Source: Actinomycetota bacterium (GTDB lineage Bacteria > Actinomycetota > Actinomycetes > Propionibacteriales > Propionibacteriaceae). From it: a stretch of 24,000 nucleotides of DNA. Below the pieces are notes generated by a model. The model worked only from the letters and a program-made list of their open reading frames with translations. It had not been told where the DNA came from and did no database searches. Position numbers and translations under genes: made by a program. The DNA lies in the NCBI GenBank assembly GCA_020161795.1, contig JAIUOR010000003.1, forward strand, positions 10,971 through 34,970, given 5' to 3'. This document shows positions 8,651 to 16,704 of the stretch, one piece after another (position 1 is the stretch's first letter; every line of letters begins with the position of its first letter).

Positions 8651-10585
8651 ATGAGCGCGGCGGGTCAACGGAGTTCTCTGACGGCGCGGCAGCGCGTGCG
8701 AGACCTCTACGCCACCCCGCTGGGGCGTGACATCGTCGACAAGATCCTGCTGCAGAGCGGCGTCTCCCCGTCCGTGACCCGGCTGGCCGGCGGGCTGCGG
8801 CTGTCGACCCTGGGACGGTTGGCGCAGCGGTTCACCGGGCCCGGCCTGATGGACGCCCTGCTCGGCCTGGTCAACGCCCACGCCGCGCCGGTGCCGGATG
8901 GCGAGCCGGCCGATGCCTGGTGGCGGGAGGCCGTCTTCTACCAGGTCTACCCACGCTCCTTCTGCGACTCCGACGAGGACGGCATCGGCGACCTGCGCGG
9001 CATCATCTCGCGGCTCGACTACCTGGCCGACCTCGGGGTCGACTGCCTGTGGCTCTCCCCGATCTTCGCCTCCCCCAACCAGGACATGGGCTACGACATC
9101 AGCGACTACCGCGACGTGATGGCCGAGATGGGCACGCTGACCGACGTCGATGAGTTGATCGAAGGCTGCCACCGGCGCGGGATGCGGATCATCCTCGACC
9201 TGGTGGTCAACCACACCTCAGCCCAGCACACCTGGTTCCAGCAGGCGGTCGCCGATCCGGACGGCCCCTACGGCGACTACTACATCCTGCGCGAGGGCTC
9301 ACCCGACCAGCCGCCGAACAACTGGGATTCCTTCTTCTCCGGCCCGGCCTGGCGCTGGGTTCCCGAGGCGGAGCGCTGGGCGCTGCACCTGTTCGCCGAT
9401 CACCAGATGGATCTCAACTGGGCGAACCCGGCCCTGCGAGCCGAGGTCTCCGACATCGTGCGCTGGTGGCTCGACCGCGGCGTCGACGGCTTCCGGCTGG
9501 ACGTCATCAACTACATCTCCAAGGCCGACGGCCTGCCGGACGGCAACCGGTTCGTCGGGGAGTTGATGGAGTTCACCGGCGTCGAGCACTACTTCTACGG
9601 CCCCCACCTGGACGATCACCTGCGCGAACTGCGCCGGGAGGGGTTCACCCGCCCGGACGGCAGCGTCGCGGTGATGGTCGGCGAGACCCCCGGCATCGGC
9701 ATCGAGGGGGCGCGCCTGCTGAGCAACACCAGCCGGGCGGAGATGGATCTCGTGTTCAACTTCGACGTGCTCGACCTGCCGGGCCGCACCCGCTGGCACG
9801 ACTATCGCTACGACCTGAACTACCTCAAGCGGTTCTGGCTGGGCTGGCAGGAGCGGCTCCGTCCGGGCGACTGGATCGCGCTCTTCCTCGACAACCACGA
9901 CAACCCGCGGATGCTCAGCAAGGTGGCCCACGGCGCGGAGCGGGATCCGGCCGTCCGCGCCGCGATCGCCAAGCTGCTGGCCACCCTGCAGCTCACCATG
10001 CGCGGCACGCCCTTCCTCTTCCAGGGCCAGGAACTGGCCGCGGTGAACCAGTCCTTCGCCGGCCTGGACGACCTGCGCGACGTCGAATCGCTGAACCGCT
10101 ACCGGGAGTTGCTGGACGCGGGCACCACGCCGGAGGCGGCCTGGAACGAGATCATGGCCGGCTCCCGCGACCATGCCCGGGTACCCATGCGCTGGGGAGA
10201 TGCCAGCGACTTCGGGCCTGCCGCCTGGCTTCCCGGCAAGGACGAGACCCCTGGCTTCACCGCCACCGAGCAGCAGGCGGATCCGGATTCGGTCTGGCAC
10301 TGGTACCGCCGGCTCATAGCGCTCCGCCGGGAGCACCCCGCGCTGACCCGCGGCTCCTTCACTCCGGTAGCCCCCGGATCCAAGGACTACCTGGGCTACC
10401 TTCGCGAACTGGACGGCGAGCGTTGGCTGATCGAGGCGAACCTCTCCGACCGGCCGCTGCGCCGTCCCCGCCATGGACTAGTGGCAGAACCCGTTCTCGG
10501 CCCTTCCCGCGGCTCGGTCATGACGCCCTGGGAATCCACCCTTGGCCGCGTCCGGACCCCATCGAAGCCCACGCCGGCAGACTGA
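8651..10585 (+). CDS. GH13 alpha-glucosidase / oligo-1,6-glucosidase-like enzyme with an ~85-aa N-terminal extension
   Basis: WWREAVFYQVYPRSF, GIGDLRGI, DLGVDCLWLSPIF, RIILDLVVNHTS and GFRLDVINYI are the canonical GH13 conserved regions. ATG 8651 is chosen because 8651-8848 has coding-like third positions. ATG 8849 is a shorter alternative. Confidence 0.9.
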   Translation: MSAAGQRSSLTARQRVRDLYATPLGRDIVDKILLQSGVSPSVTRLAGGLRLSTLGRLAQRFTGPGLMDALLGLVNAHAAPVPDGEPADAWWREAVFYQVYPRSFCDSDEDGIGDLRGIISRLDYLADLGVDCLWLSPIFASPNQDMGYDISDYRDVMAEMGTLTDVDELIEGCHRRGMRIILDLVVNHTSAQHTWFQQAVADPDGPYGDYYILREGSPDQPPNNWDSFFSGPAWRWVPEAERWALHLFADHQMDLNWANPALRAEVSDIVRWWLDRGVDGFRLDVINYISKADGLPDGNRFVGELMEFTGVEHYFYGPHLDDHLRELRREGFTRPDGSVAVMVGETPGIGIEGARLLSNTSRAEMDLVFNFDVLDLPGRTRWHDYRYDLNYLKRFWLGWQERLRPGDWIALFLDNHDNPRMLSKVAHGAERDPAVRAAIAKLLATLQLTMRGTPFLFQGQELAAVNQSFAGLDDLRDVESLNRYRELLDAGTTPEAAWNEIMAGSRDHARVPMRWGDASDFGPAAWLPGKDETPGFTATEQQADPDSVWHWYRRLIALRREHPALTRGSFTPVAPGSKDYLGYLRELDGERWLIEANLSDRPLRRPRHGLVAEPVLGPSRGSVMTPWESTLGRVRTPSKPTPAD

Positions 10586-10670
10586 GCGCTTTCGACCGAT
10601 GCGGACGAGCCAGCAACCGGGGATCCCGGCGTGGGCTGAGCGCCAGAACGGCCGTCGGGCCGGTCTGGCG

Positions 10671-11009
10671 ATGGCTCGGGCGTACCGCGAACGTCCTCTC
10701 AATGTCCCTCTGGAGGTCCACGCCCCCAACGATCCGGATTGGCCCACCGTCCGCATACTCGTCGACGGCTTGAATCCATTCGCGAAGATCGCCGGATTCG
10801 ACGTCGAGGGCCGGCCCTCGGCGAAAGGGAGTGCTTCAAACATGGTGGTGGCCGGCGCTCGCCTTTGCAGGGGAGGCTCGCGCCGACCGCTGTCAACGCT
10901 AGATGGACGGTCCGTCGCCGCGTCATCCCCAGTACTAGGGGATTGGTCCCAGTACCAGGGGATTGGCCGGAAACCCGGGCAGGCCGTCCGCCTCACCCCG
11001 AGACCCTGA
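10671..11009 (+). pseudogene. Possible gene remnant or weak hypothetical ORF
   Basis: The first ~50 codons (MARAYRERPLNVPLEVHAPNDPDWPTVRILVDGLNPFAKIAGFDVEG) look protein-like. Codon bias then decays and the reading frame runs through a tandem repeat. No RBS seen. Confidence 0.25.
10927..10966. repeat. 20-nt tandem direct repeat [CT]CCCAGTAC[TC]AGGGGATTGG x2 (18/20 identical)
   Basis: Read directly. Lies ~105 nt upstream of the HAD phosphatase start. Confidence 0.9.
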
Positions 11010-11070
11010 TCGTCCCGGACGGCGGGGAGTGTTACCTTCGACGGACAGCTCCCGATCACGAAGGATCCAC

Positions 11071-11934
11071 GTGAACCCGCCCGAATCCCGTCCACGCCTG
11101 GTGGCGACCGACATCGACGGCACGATCGTGCCCGCCGGCGGCACGCTCAGCCGTCGGACCCGCGCGGCGCTGGAGCAGTGCGTCGACAACGGGATGTCGG
11201 TGGTACTGGTGACTGGACGACCGCCCCGCTGGCTCGGGCCCGTCGCGGAGGCGATCGACCTGCCGGGCGCGATCATCGCCTCGAACGGGTCGATCCTGCT
11301 CGACTCACGCTCTCTCGCGCCGCTGCGGGTGGCGACCATCGCGGCCGGGGTGGCTGCCGAAGTCGTGCGGATCGTGCGGGAGGTAGCCCCGCAGGCGGCC
11401 TTCGCGGCCGAGACCGTGGACGTCCTGCGGGCCGGGCCCGGCTACGAGAACGCCCGGCGCCATCGACCCGCTCCGTCCGGCGGGCTCGTCCCCACGCAGC
11501 GCGCGGTGATCCACACCGACTCCGACGAGGCGATGCTCGCCACCGACACGCTCACCAAACTCGTCGCCCTCGATCCCCACGCGGATCCGGACCGGCTGCT
11601 CGACCAGACCCGGGACGCGGTCGGCCACCTGGTCTCGGTCACCCGATCGGTCACCGGGCAGGCTCTCATCGAGTTCGGCCCGGATGGCGTGACGAAGGCC
11701 ACGGCGCTGTCGGACTACGCGGCTTCGCTGGGAATCACGGCGGACGAGGTGATCGCCTTCGGCGACATGCCCAACGATGTCGAGATGCTCCGCTGGGCCG
11801 GACGCGGCTACGCGATGACCGGCGCCCATCCCGACGCCACCGCAGCGGCGCCCTTCCTGGCGCCGCCGGCGGAGCAGGACGGCGTCGCCCAGGTGCTGGA
11901 GGCAGTGCTCGCTGGCGAAGCAGCCGGATCCTAG
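11071..11934 (+). CDS. HAD-IIB (Cof-type) sugar phosphatase
   Basis: Motif I DIDGT and motif IV GDMPNDVEML, with a cap domain between them. GTG 11071 lies 6 nt after GAAGGA. The tracked ORF start at 10963 is rejected. Confidence 0.85.
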   Translation: MNPPESRPRLVATDIDGTIVPAGGTLSRRTRAALEQCVDNGMSVVLVTGRPPRWLGPVAEAIDLPGAIIASNGSILLDSRSLAPLRVATIAAGVAAEVVRIVREVAPQAAFAAETVDVLRAGPGYENARRHRPAPSGGLVPTQRAVIHTDSDEAMLATDTLTKLVALDPHADPDRLLDQTRDAVGHLVSVTRSVTGQALIEFGPDGVTKATALSDYAASLGITADEVIAFGDMPNDVEMLRWAGRGYAMTGAHPDATAAAPFLAPPAEQDGVAQVLEAVLAGEAAGS

Positions 11935-11948
11935 CCCCGGCCGGGCGT

Positions 11949-12371
11949 CTACGTGGCTCGCCGTTCCCCACGAGGTCGCCAGCCGTCGATCACGTCCCGG
12001 CTCACCTCTGCCAGGGGAATCAGTCGGGGCAGCCGTTCCGCGGTGGCCCGGTTCGGCCATAGCCGCCACTTGCCCACGACCAGCTTTCCCGGGCCGACGC
12101 CGGCGACGGCCGCCCAGTCGATCGACTTCACCACGAGACGCTCCAGCGCCTCGGCATCGTTGATACTGCGCCGCTTGCGGTAGGTGTCGTAGTAGTGCTC
12201 GACCTGCCGCACCACCTCGGCCCGGTAGCGGCCCAGGCGCCAGTAGCCGAACAGCAGCAGCGCGCCGTAGGCCAGAATCACCAGATTGATCAGCACGGCA
12301 TTCGCCTGGTAGACCGCGAGCAGACCCTGGCCCCAGTCGCCCAGTATCTTCTCGACCAGCCACTCGCTCAC
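11949..12371 (-). CDS. Hypothetical single-pass membrane protein
   Basis: GTG start, strongly G/C-biased third positions, one hydrophobic helix (LLAVYQANAVLINLVILAYGALLLFGYW). I recognise no family. Last gene of the PTS cluster on the same strand. Confidence 0.6.
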   Translation of the reverse strand: MSEWLVEKILGDWGQGLLAVYQANAVLINLVILAYGALLLFGYWRLGRYRAEVVRQVEHYYDTYRKRRSINDAEALERLVVKSIDWAAVAGVGPGKLVVGKWRLWPNRATAERLPRLIPLAEVSRDVIDGWRPRGERRAT

Positions 12372-12423
12372 GAGTCCAACCGCCCACGGTCTCGACGCGA
12401 CTCAGGCAGGTCAACCGACATGG

Positions 12424-13077
12424 TCATTCGTCTTCCTTTCCGGAGCCCCCGGTGAAGAGCTGAACCAGGCCACCAGGGTCGGCGCTGTCGATCAGCGCCC
12501 GGCCGACCACCACCGAGTCGACCCCCATCGCGGCCAGGGATTCGGCATTGTCCTCGCTCACGCCGCCGTCGACCCAGAGCTCGACCCCAACGGCCCGCGC
12601 GGCCGCGGCGGAGGCCGGCAACGTGGCGAGCATGCCGGTGAGGAAGTCCGGATCCGGCTCAGGTTCGGTGGTGAGCTGCAGCACGTAGTCGAGGTGCGGC
12701 GCGAGCCGTCCCAACTCCGGCAGGCTCGTCACCGGGTTCACCGCGAGGCCCGCCCGCCAGCCCGCCTCCCTGATCTGGCGGAGCACCCGGCGCGGATACC
12801 GGGTGGCCTCCAGGTGAATCGCCACGCTCCGCAGGGGCAGCCCCCGCAGTCGGGCGATGGCGAACTCCGGGTCTGCCACCATCAGGTGAACGTCCACCGG
12901 GAGCCCGCCCCATGCCGCCACGTCCTCGACCACCCGCAACCCCAGCCCCAACTCGGGGACGAAGTGGCCGTCCTCCACGTCGATGTGCAGGGCGTCGACG
13001 CCGCTCTCGCGGAGCCTTTCCAGCACATCGCCCAGTTCGAGCAGGGGCGCGGAGATGATCGAGGCCGTGACCAGCAT
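12424..13077 (-). CDS. Ribulose-phosphate 3-epimerase family protein (SgcE/AlsE-like)
   Basis: HIDVEDG.F, VDVHLMV and DGGV are the metal and TIM-barrel motifs of the RPE family. Sits in a PTS context like E. coli sgcE. Confidence 0.8.
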   Translation of the reverse strand: MLVTASIISAPLLELGDVLERLRESGVDALHIDVEDGHFVPELGLGLRVVEDVAAWGGLPVDVHLMVADPEFAIARLRGLPLRSVAIHLEATRYPRRVLRQIREAGWRAGLAVNPVTSLPELGRLAPHLDYVLQLTTEPEPDPDFLTGMLATLPASAAAARAVGVELWVDGGVSEDNAESLAAMGVDSVVVGRALIDSADPGGLVQLFTGGSGKEDE

Positions 13078-13085
13078 GGCGTTGC

Positions 13086-14486
13086 CTACGCGGAGACGGG
13101 CTTGGCGTCGGGATCCGCGATCGGCAACAGCCGCTCACCGAGCGGGAACTTCTCCTTGAGGATGTACAGGCCGCCGACGAAGAGCAGGCTGACGATGATC
13201 GCCACCACCGCCGGGGTCTGGTACAGGTAGTAGAACAGGTAGGAGATCGGGTTCGCACCGTCGCTCATCACCGTGAACTGGCTGTATCCCTCCGGCAGAT
13301 CGACCGCCGCCGAGTTCCGCACCATGTCCGTGATCGCGGGGGCGAGCTGGGTGGCGAACATCAGGCCGATGCCCATCACGATCGCGCCCAGGATCACGAT
13401 CATCAGCAGATCGCCGGCGACCAGCGGTGCCAGCAGCGCCGCCACGAACGGCCCGTCCGCCAGGTCGACGAACGGCAGCGTCCCGTTGCCCAGGGGCGCG
13501 AGCGCCAGCGCCAGCGCGATCTCCACCGGCACCATCAGCAGCCCGCCGGCGATGACGGCCGGGTTGCCGATCAGCACGGCGGCGTCCAGGCCGATGTTGA
13601 TCTCGCGTCCGGCGAACCGCTTGGACATGAAGGTGGACGCGGCGTCGGCCAGGGGCGCCAGGCCCTCGACCAGGATGCCGACCATCCGGGGGATGAGCAG
13701 CATGGTCGCGGCGATGTTGACGGCCGTGGTGAGCGCCGCCACCGTGTCCTGCCGCGCGGCCAGCGCCAGGGCGAGACCGATGAGGAAGCCCAGCACCATC
13801 GGCTCACCCAGCAGGCCGAGCCGGCGCCGGGTGGTGTCGGGATCGAGACGGAGCTTGGACAGACCCGGGATCTTCCGCAGCACCCACGCGAACGGGACGG
13901 CCAACAGCATGTAGCCGGCCGACTGCAGGTGAGGGATGGAGATGCCGGGCAGCTTGAAGAACCGGCGAACCAGCGGCACCGACCAGTCGGCGAGGAAGAG
14001 GGCGATCACGAAACAGATCAGCGCCGCGAAGAGCGCCATCCAGAAGTTCTCGGTGACGAACAGCACCAGCGCACCGACGAACGCCATATGCCAGTAGTTC
14101 CACAGGTCGATGTTCAGCGTGTTGGTCACGCTGACCGCGACCAGCACCAGGTTGAGCACGATCCCGACCGGGATGATGATGTAGCCGACCGAGCTGCCGA
14201 AGGCCAGCGCCGAGGCCGCCGGCCAGCCGATGTCCATGACCCGCAGCCCGGTGCCGGAGGCGTCAGCGAAGGCCTCGCCGATCGCGGACACCGTGGAGCC
14301 GAGCAGGCCGACCGTCAGCCCGATGCCCACGAATGCGATCGCAATGGTCAGGCCGCTACGCGCGGCACGGGAGAATTTGAGCCCGAATACCAGGCCGACA
14401 ATGATGATGATGAAGGGCAGCACAATGGTCGCCCCCAGGCCATTGAGGATATTCCCAACGCCCGCCAGGATCTCGTCGAACTTCAT
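13086..14486 (-). CDS. PTS EIIC component, galactitol (GatC/SgcC) family
   Basis: 466-aa polytopic protein. N-terminal region aligns by eye with E. coli GatC (VGIGL; DIGWP; N.D.WN.WHM.F.GAL). Confidence 0.88.
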   Translation of the reverse strand: MKFDEILAGVGNILNGLGATIVLPFIIIIVGLVFGLKFSRAARSGLTIAIAFVGIGLTVGLLGSTVSAIGEAFADASGTGLRVMDIGWPAASALAFGSSVGYIIIPVGIVLNLVLVAVSVTNTLNIDLWNYWHMAFVGALVLFVTENFWMALFAALICFVIALFLADWSVPLVRRFFKLPGISIPHLQSAGYMLLAVPFAWVLRKIPGLSKLRLDPDTTRRRLGLLGEPMVLGFLIGLALALAARQDTVAALTTAVNIAATMLLIPRMVGILVEGLAPLADAASTFMSKRFAGREINIGLDAAVLIGNPAVIAGGLLMVPVEIALALALAPLGNGTLPFVDLADGPFVAALLAPLVAGDLLMIVILGAIVMGIGLMFATQLAPAITDMVRNSAAVDLPEGYSQFTVMSDGANPISYLFYYLYQTPAVVAIIVSLLFVGGLYILKEKFPLGERLLPIADPDAKPVSA

Positions 14487-14522
14487 CGAGAGATCTCCTT
14501 TCCAATAAGTGAAATGAAACTC

Positions 14523-14810
14523 TTATGAGCGAGCCAAGACTTCGGCCAGCTCTTCGAGCACGGCCTGCTGACCTATTCCGGTGAGCAGCGCCACGCCGTT
14601 GAGCACTGGCACCACTTCGGCGAACTCATCCGGCATACCGGTGGTGGATACGATCGCGTCGGCGTCGACGCGGTCGACGGACAGCTCCGAAACCCGGTAC
14701 TGGGTGACGTGGGCGTCGATTCCCCGCTCGCGGAGGAAATCCTCGACCTTCATTCGGACCATCGTGGATGTCGCCACGCCTGCGGCACAGACGACATAGA
14801 CCTTCTTCAT
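14523..14810 (-). CDS. PTS EIIB component (GatB/SgcB-like)
   Basis: 95 aa starting MKKVYVVCAAGVATSTM, with the active-site Cys in the VCxxGxxTS context. ATG 14810 follows GGAAGGAGAG. The longer tracked ORF to 15359 overlaps the next gene and is rejected. Confidence 0.85.
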   Translation of the reverse strand: MKKVYVVCAAGVATSTMVRMKVEDFLRERGIDAHVTQYRVSELSVDRVDADAIVSTTGMPDEFAEVVPVLNGVALLTGIGQQAVLEELAEVLARS

Positions 14811-14890
14811 CTTCTCTCCTTCCCCATTGACGCCCGCTTGAGCGCGACGTCCCGCAGGCTGCGAACCGTCTGTATCCACTCGACTTGCCT

Positions 14891-14925
14891 CGGTTGGGGT
14901 CGGACGGGCGCGCCGACCCCAACCG
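14891..14925 (-). terminator. Perfect 13-bp G/C-rich stem with 9-nt loop, between the SgcQ-like stop and the EIIB start
   Basis: CGGTTGGGGTCGG-acgggcgcg-CCGACCCCAACCG read directly. It begins 17 nt after the stop. No U-tract, so it may be an attenuator or stability element rather than a full terminator. Confidence 0.35.
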
Positions 14926-14941
14926 GCAGACCTCGGTGTGG

Positions 14942-15751
14942 TCAGGCTCCGCGGAACCTGTTGACCTCGGCCATGAACTCGCGCACCCGGGCCACGTCGG
15001 TGGCGTTCTCGAAGATGCCGTCGACCTTGAAGGCCGTCCCCACCACCGCGCCGTCGGCGATGCCGAGCAGGTTGGCTGCGGTGTCGACCCGGACGCCGGT
15101 GTTCGCCAGCACCGGGACGTCGCCGGCGGCGGACTTCGCGCGCCGGAGGATCTCCGGGTCGGTGGCGGAGCCGGCGGTGGCGCCGGAGACGGCGAGGGCG
15201 TCGGGCTGGCAGTTGAAGACCGTCGTCTTCGCGATGCTCTCGATCTCGCGATCGGCCAGGTAGGCCGCGGCCTCTGGCACGATGTTGTAGATCATCTTGA
15301 CGTTCTGAGCGTCCACCCGCCGGCGGTGGCGGGCTGCCACGCCGACATCGGTGTTCCACAGGCCGAAGTCACTGGCGTAGACCCCGCTGTAGATCTCCCG
15401 GACGAAGCTGGCCCCGGTCGCGGCAGCCAGGTCGATGGTCGCCAGGCCGTCCCACAGCACATTGACACCGTGGGGCACGGCGATCTCGCCCAGCAGCTCG
15501 CCGATGACCCGCGCCATGGTGATCGCGGTGATCGGCTCCGTCTTGGTCAGGTAGGGCAGCGAGAACTCATTGGAGAACATCACCGCGTCGACGCCGCCCT
15601 CCTGCAGCGCGACCAACTCGCGCCGGGCGGCATCGGTGATCGCGCGGACGCCGGCTGCCGAGTCGTAGCTCGGATCGCCGGGCATCGGACGCATGTGCAG
15701 CATCGCGATGATGGGCTTCGATTTGCCGAATGTGTCTTCAAGCCAGGTCAT
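14942..15751 (-). CDS. BtpA/SgcQ family protein
   Basis: GGVDAVMFSNEFSLPYLTK and the overall layout match my recollection of E. coli SgcQ and the BtpA TIM-barrel family. Confidence 0.85.
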   Translation of the reverse strand: MTWLEDTFGKSKPIIAMLHMRPMPGDPSYDSAAGVRAITDAARRELVALQEGGVDAVMFSNEFSLPYLTKTEPITAITMARVIGELLGEIAVPHGVNVLWDGLATIDLAAATGASFVREIYSGVYASDFGLWNTDVGVAARHRRRVDAQNVKMIYNIVPEAAAYLADREIESIAKTTVFNCQPDALAVSGATAGSATDPEILRRAKSAAGDVPVLANTGVRVDTAANLLGIADGAVVGTAFKVDGIFENATDVARVREFMAEVNRFRGA

Positions 15752-15817
15752 GGCCTTCTTCCCTTTCGTTGACGACCGATGGGCGGGTCACCCATCGGGA
15801 AAGTCGTGGCGGGAGCA

Positions 15818-16600
15818 TCACGTCGCCTGCTCCGGCTCGGTGCAGATGACCTCGGTGCCCGCCTGCCGCATCGCCTGAAGAACGGGGTCGTCCTCCGGAG
15901 CGTCGGTGACCAGGACGTCGATGTCGCTGGCGGGGCAGATCTCGCACAGGCTGACGTGCCCGATCTTGGACGAGTCGGCCAGCGCGACCACCCGGCTGGC
16001 CCGCGCGATCGCCAGCCGCTTGACCTCGGCCTCTTCCAGGCCGTAGTCGGTCAGGCCACGCTCGAGGTGGACCCCCGCGGCGCCGACGAAGGCGGTGTCG
16101 ACGTTGTAGCCACGGACGGTGCGCTCCGCGTCGGCGCCGACCAGGGAATGCTCCTGCCGGCGGATCAACCCACCGGTGACGATCACGCGGATGGAGTCGC
16201 TCTCGCTCAGGGCGATCGCGGCGCGGAGATTCGGCGTGACCACCAGCAGATCGATGTCGAGCATCGCCAGCCGGCCGGCGAACGCGGTGGCGGTGGTGCC
16301 GGCGTCCAGGAAGATGCTGTCCCCTGGCCGCACCAGGGCGGCTGCGGCGGCGCTGATCTGCTCCTTCGCCTCCCGGCCGGCGAGCTCCCGCTCCCCGACC
16401 GGCGGCTCATGCCGGCGCGAGACGACCGAGATCGCTCCGCCCAACACGCGGCGGGCTTCGCCGGCGGCCTCCAGGGCGTCGATGTCGCGTCGGGCCGTCA
16501 TCTCCGAGACCCCGAAGTGCTCGGCGAGCCACACGTACTCCAACTCGCCCCGGGCGCGCAGCAGCCGCTGGGTCTCGCGTCGCCTCTCACCCGTCAGCAC
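15818..16600 (-). CDS. DeoR family transcriptional regulator
   Basis: N-terminal HTH (LAEHFGVSEMTARRDIDAL) plus a C-terminal DeoR sugar-phosphate sensor domain. GTG start with no SD. Confidence 0.88.
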   Translation of the reverse strand: MLTGERRRETQRLLRARGELEYVWLAEHFGVSEMTARRDIDALEAAGEARRVLGGAISVVSRRHEPPVGERELAGREAKEQISAAAAALVRPGDSIFLDAGTTATAFAGRLAMLDIDLLVVTPNLRAAIALSESDSIRVIVTGGLIRRQEHSLVGADAERTVRGYNVDTAFVGAAGVHLERGLTDYGLEEAEVKRLAIARASRVVALADSSKIGHVSLCEICPASDIDVLVTDAPEDDPVLQAMRQAGTEVICTEPEQAT

Positions 16601-16607
16601 ACCATGA

Positions 16608-16637
16608 AAATTACTGACAGGCTTCGTGAACTGTCAA
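16608..16637 (-). promoter_or_regulatory. Putative promoter of the DeoR/PTS cluster: -35 TTGACA (16632-16637), 18-nt spacer, -10 TAATTT (16608-16613)
   Basis: Read on the minus strand. The -10 ends 7 nt before the GTG start, which implies a leaderless or near-leaderless mRNA. The inverted repeat TGACAG-N10-CTGTCA (16615-16636) overlaps the -35 box and spacer. Confidence 0.4.
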
Positions 16638-16641
16638 CAGA

Positions 16642-16661
16642 TTCACACGGAACTGTGTGAA
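16642..16661. promoter_or_regulatory. Inverted repeat TTCACAC-N6-GTGTGAA just upstream of the putative -35
   Basis: Read directly. Lies in the A+T-rich patch between two TTGACA hexamers. Confidence 0.35.
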
Positions 16662-16684
16662 AGTTGTCAAATACCCACAGCTCT

Positions 16685-16704
16685 CCGGGGCACCAGCGCC
16701 CCGG
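16685..16704 (-). terminator. Stem-loop CCGGGGC-N6-GCCCCGG downstream of the XRE gene
   Basis: 7-bp G/C stem 25 nt after the stop. A short T-run (GTATTT) follows 10 nt downstream on the transcribed strand. Confidence 0.4.

Noticed and set aside
3114-8654. Long plus-strand ORFs across the ABC operon and two-component genes (for example 3563-5158, 4480-5388, 5319-6368, 6506-7447, 6933-8654, 7060-7899)
   Set aside because: They are antisense to minus-strand genes that carry unmistakable Walker, H-box and receiver motifs. The translations are Arg/Gly/Asp/His-rich shadow-frame products.
11949-12371. Whether the 140-aa protein could be the missing PTS EIIA
   Set aside because: It has a single hydrophobic helix and none of the features of an EIIA(Gat/Mtl/Fru) domain. 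It is kept as a hypothetical membrane protein.
9299-12414. Long antisense or shadow ORFs 9299-10474 (-), 9466-10773 (+), 10478-11095 (-), 11178-12062 (+), 11305-12414 (-)
   Set aside because: They overlap the well-supported GH13, HAD and membrane-protein genes in other frames, or span the non-coding gap. The translations are Arg/Pro/Gly-rich with no motifs.
14811-15359. Long form of the EIIB ORF (14523-15359, 278 aa)
   Set aside because: The upstream 183 codons overlap the SgcQ-like gene and the hairpin spacer and are Arg/Gly/Pro-rich. ATG 14810 with GGAAGGAGAG gives a normal 95-aa EIIB.
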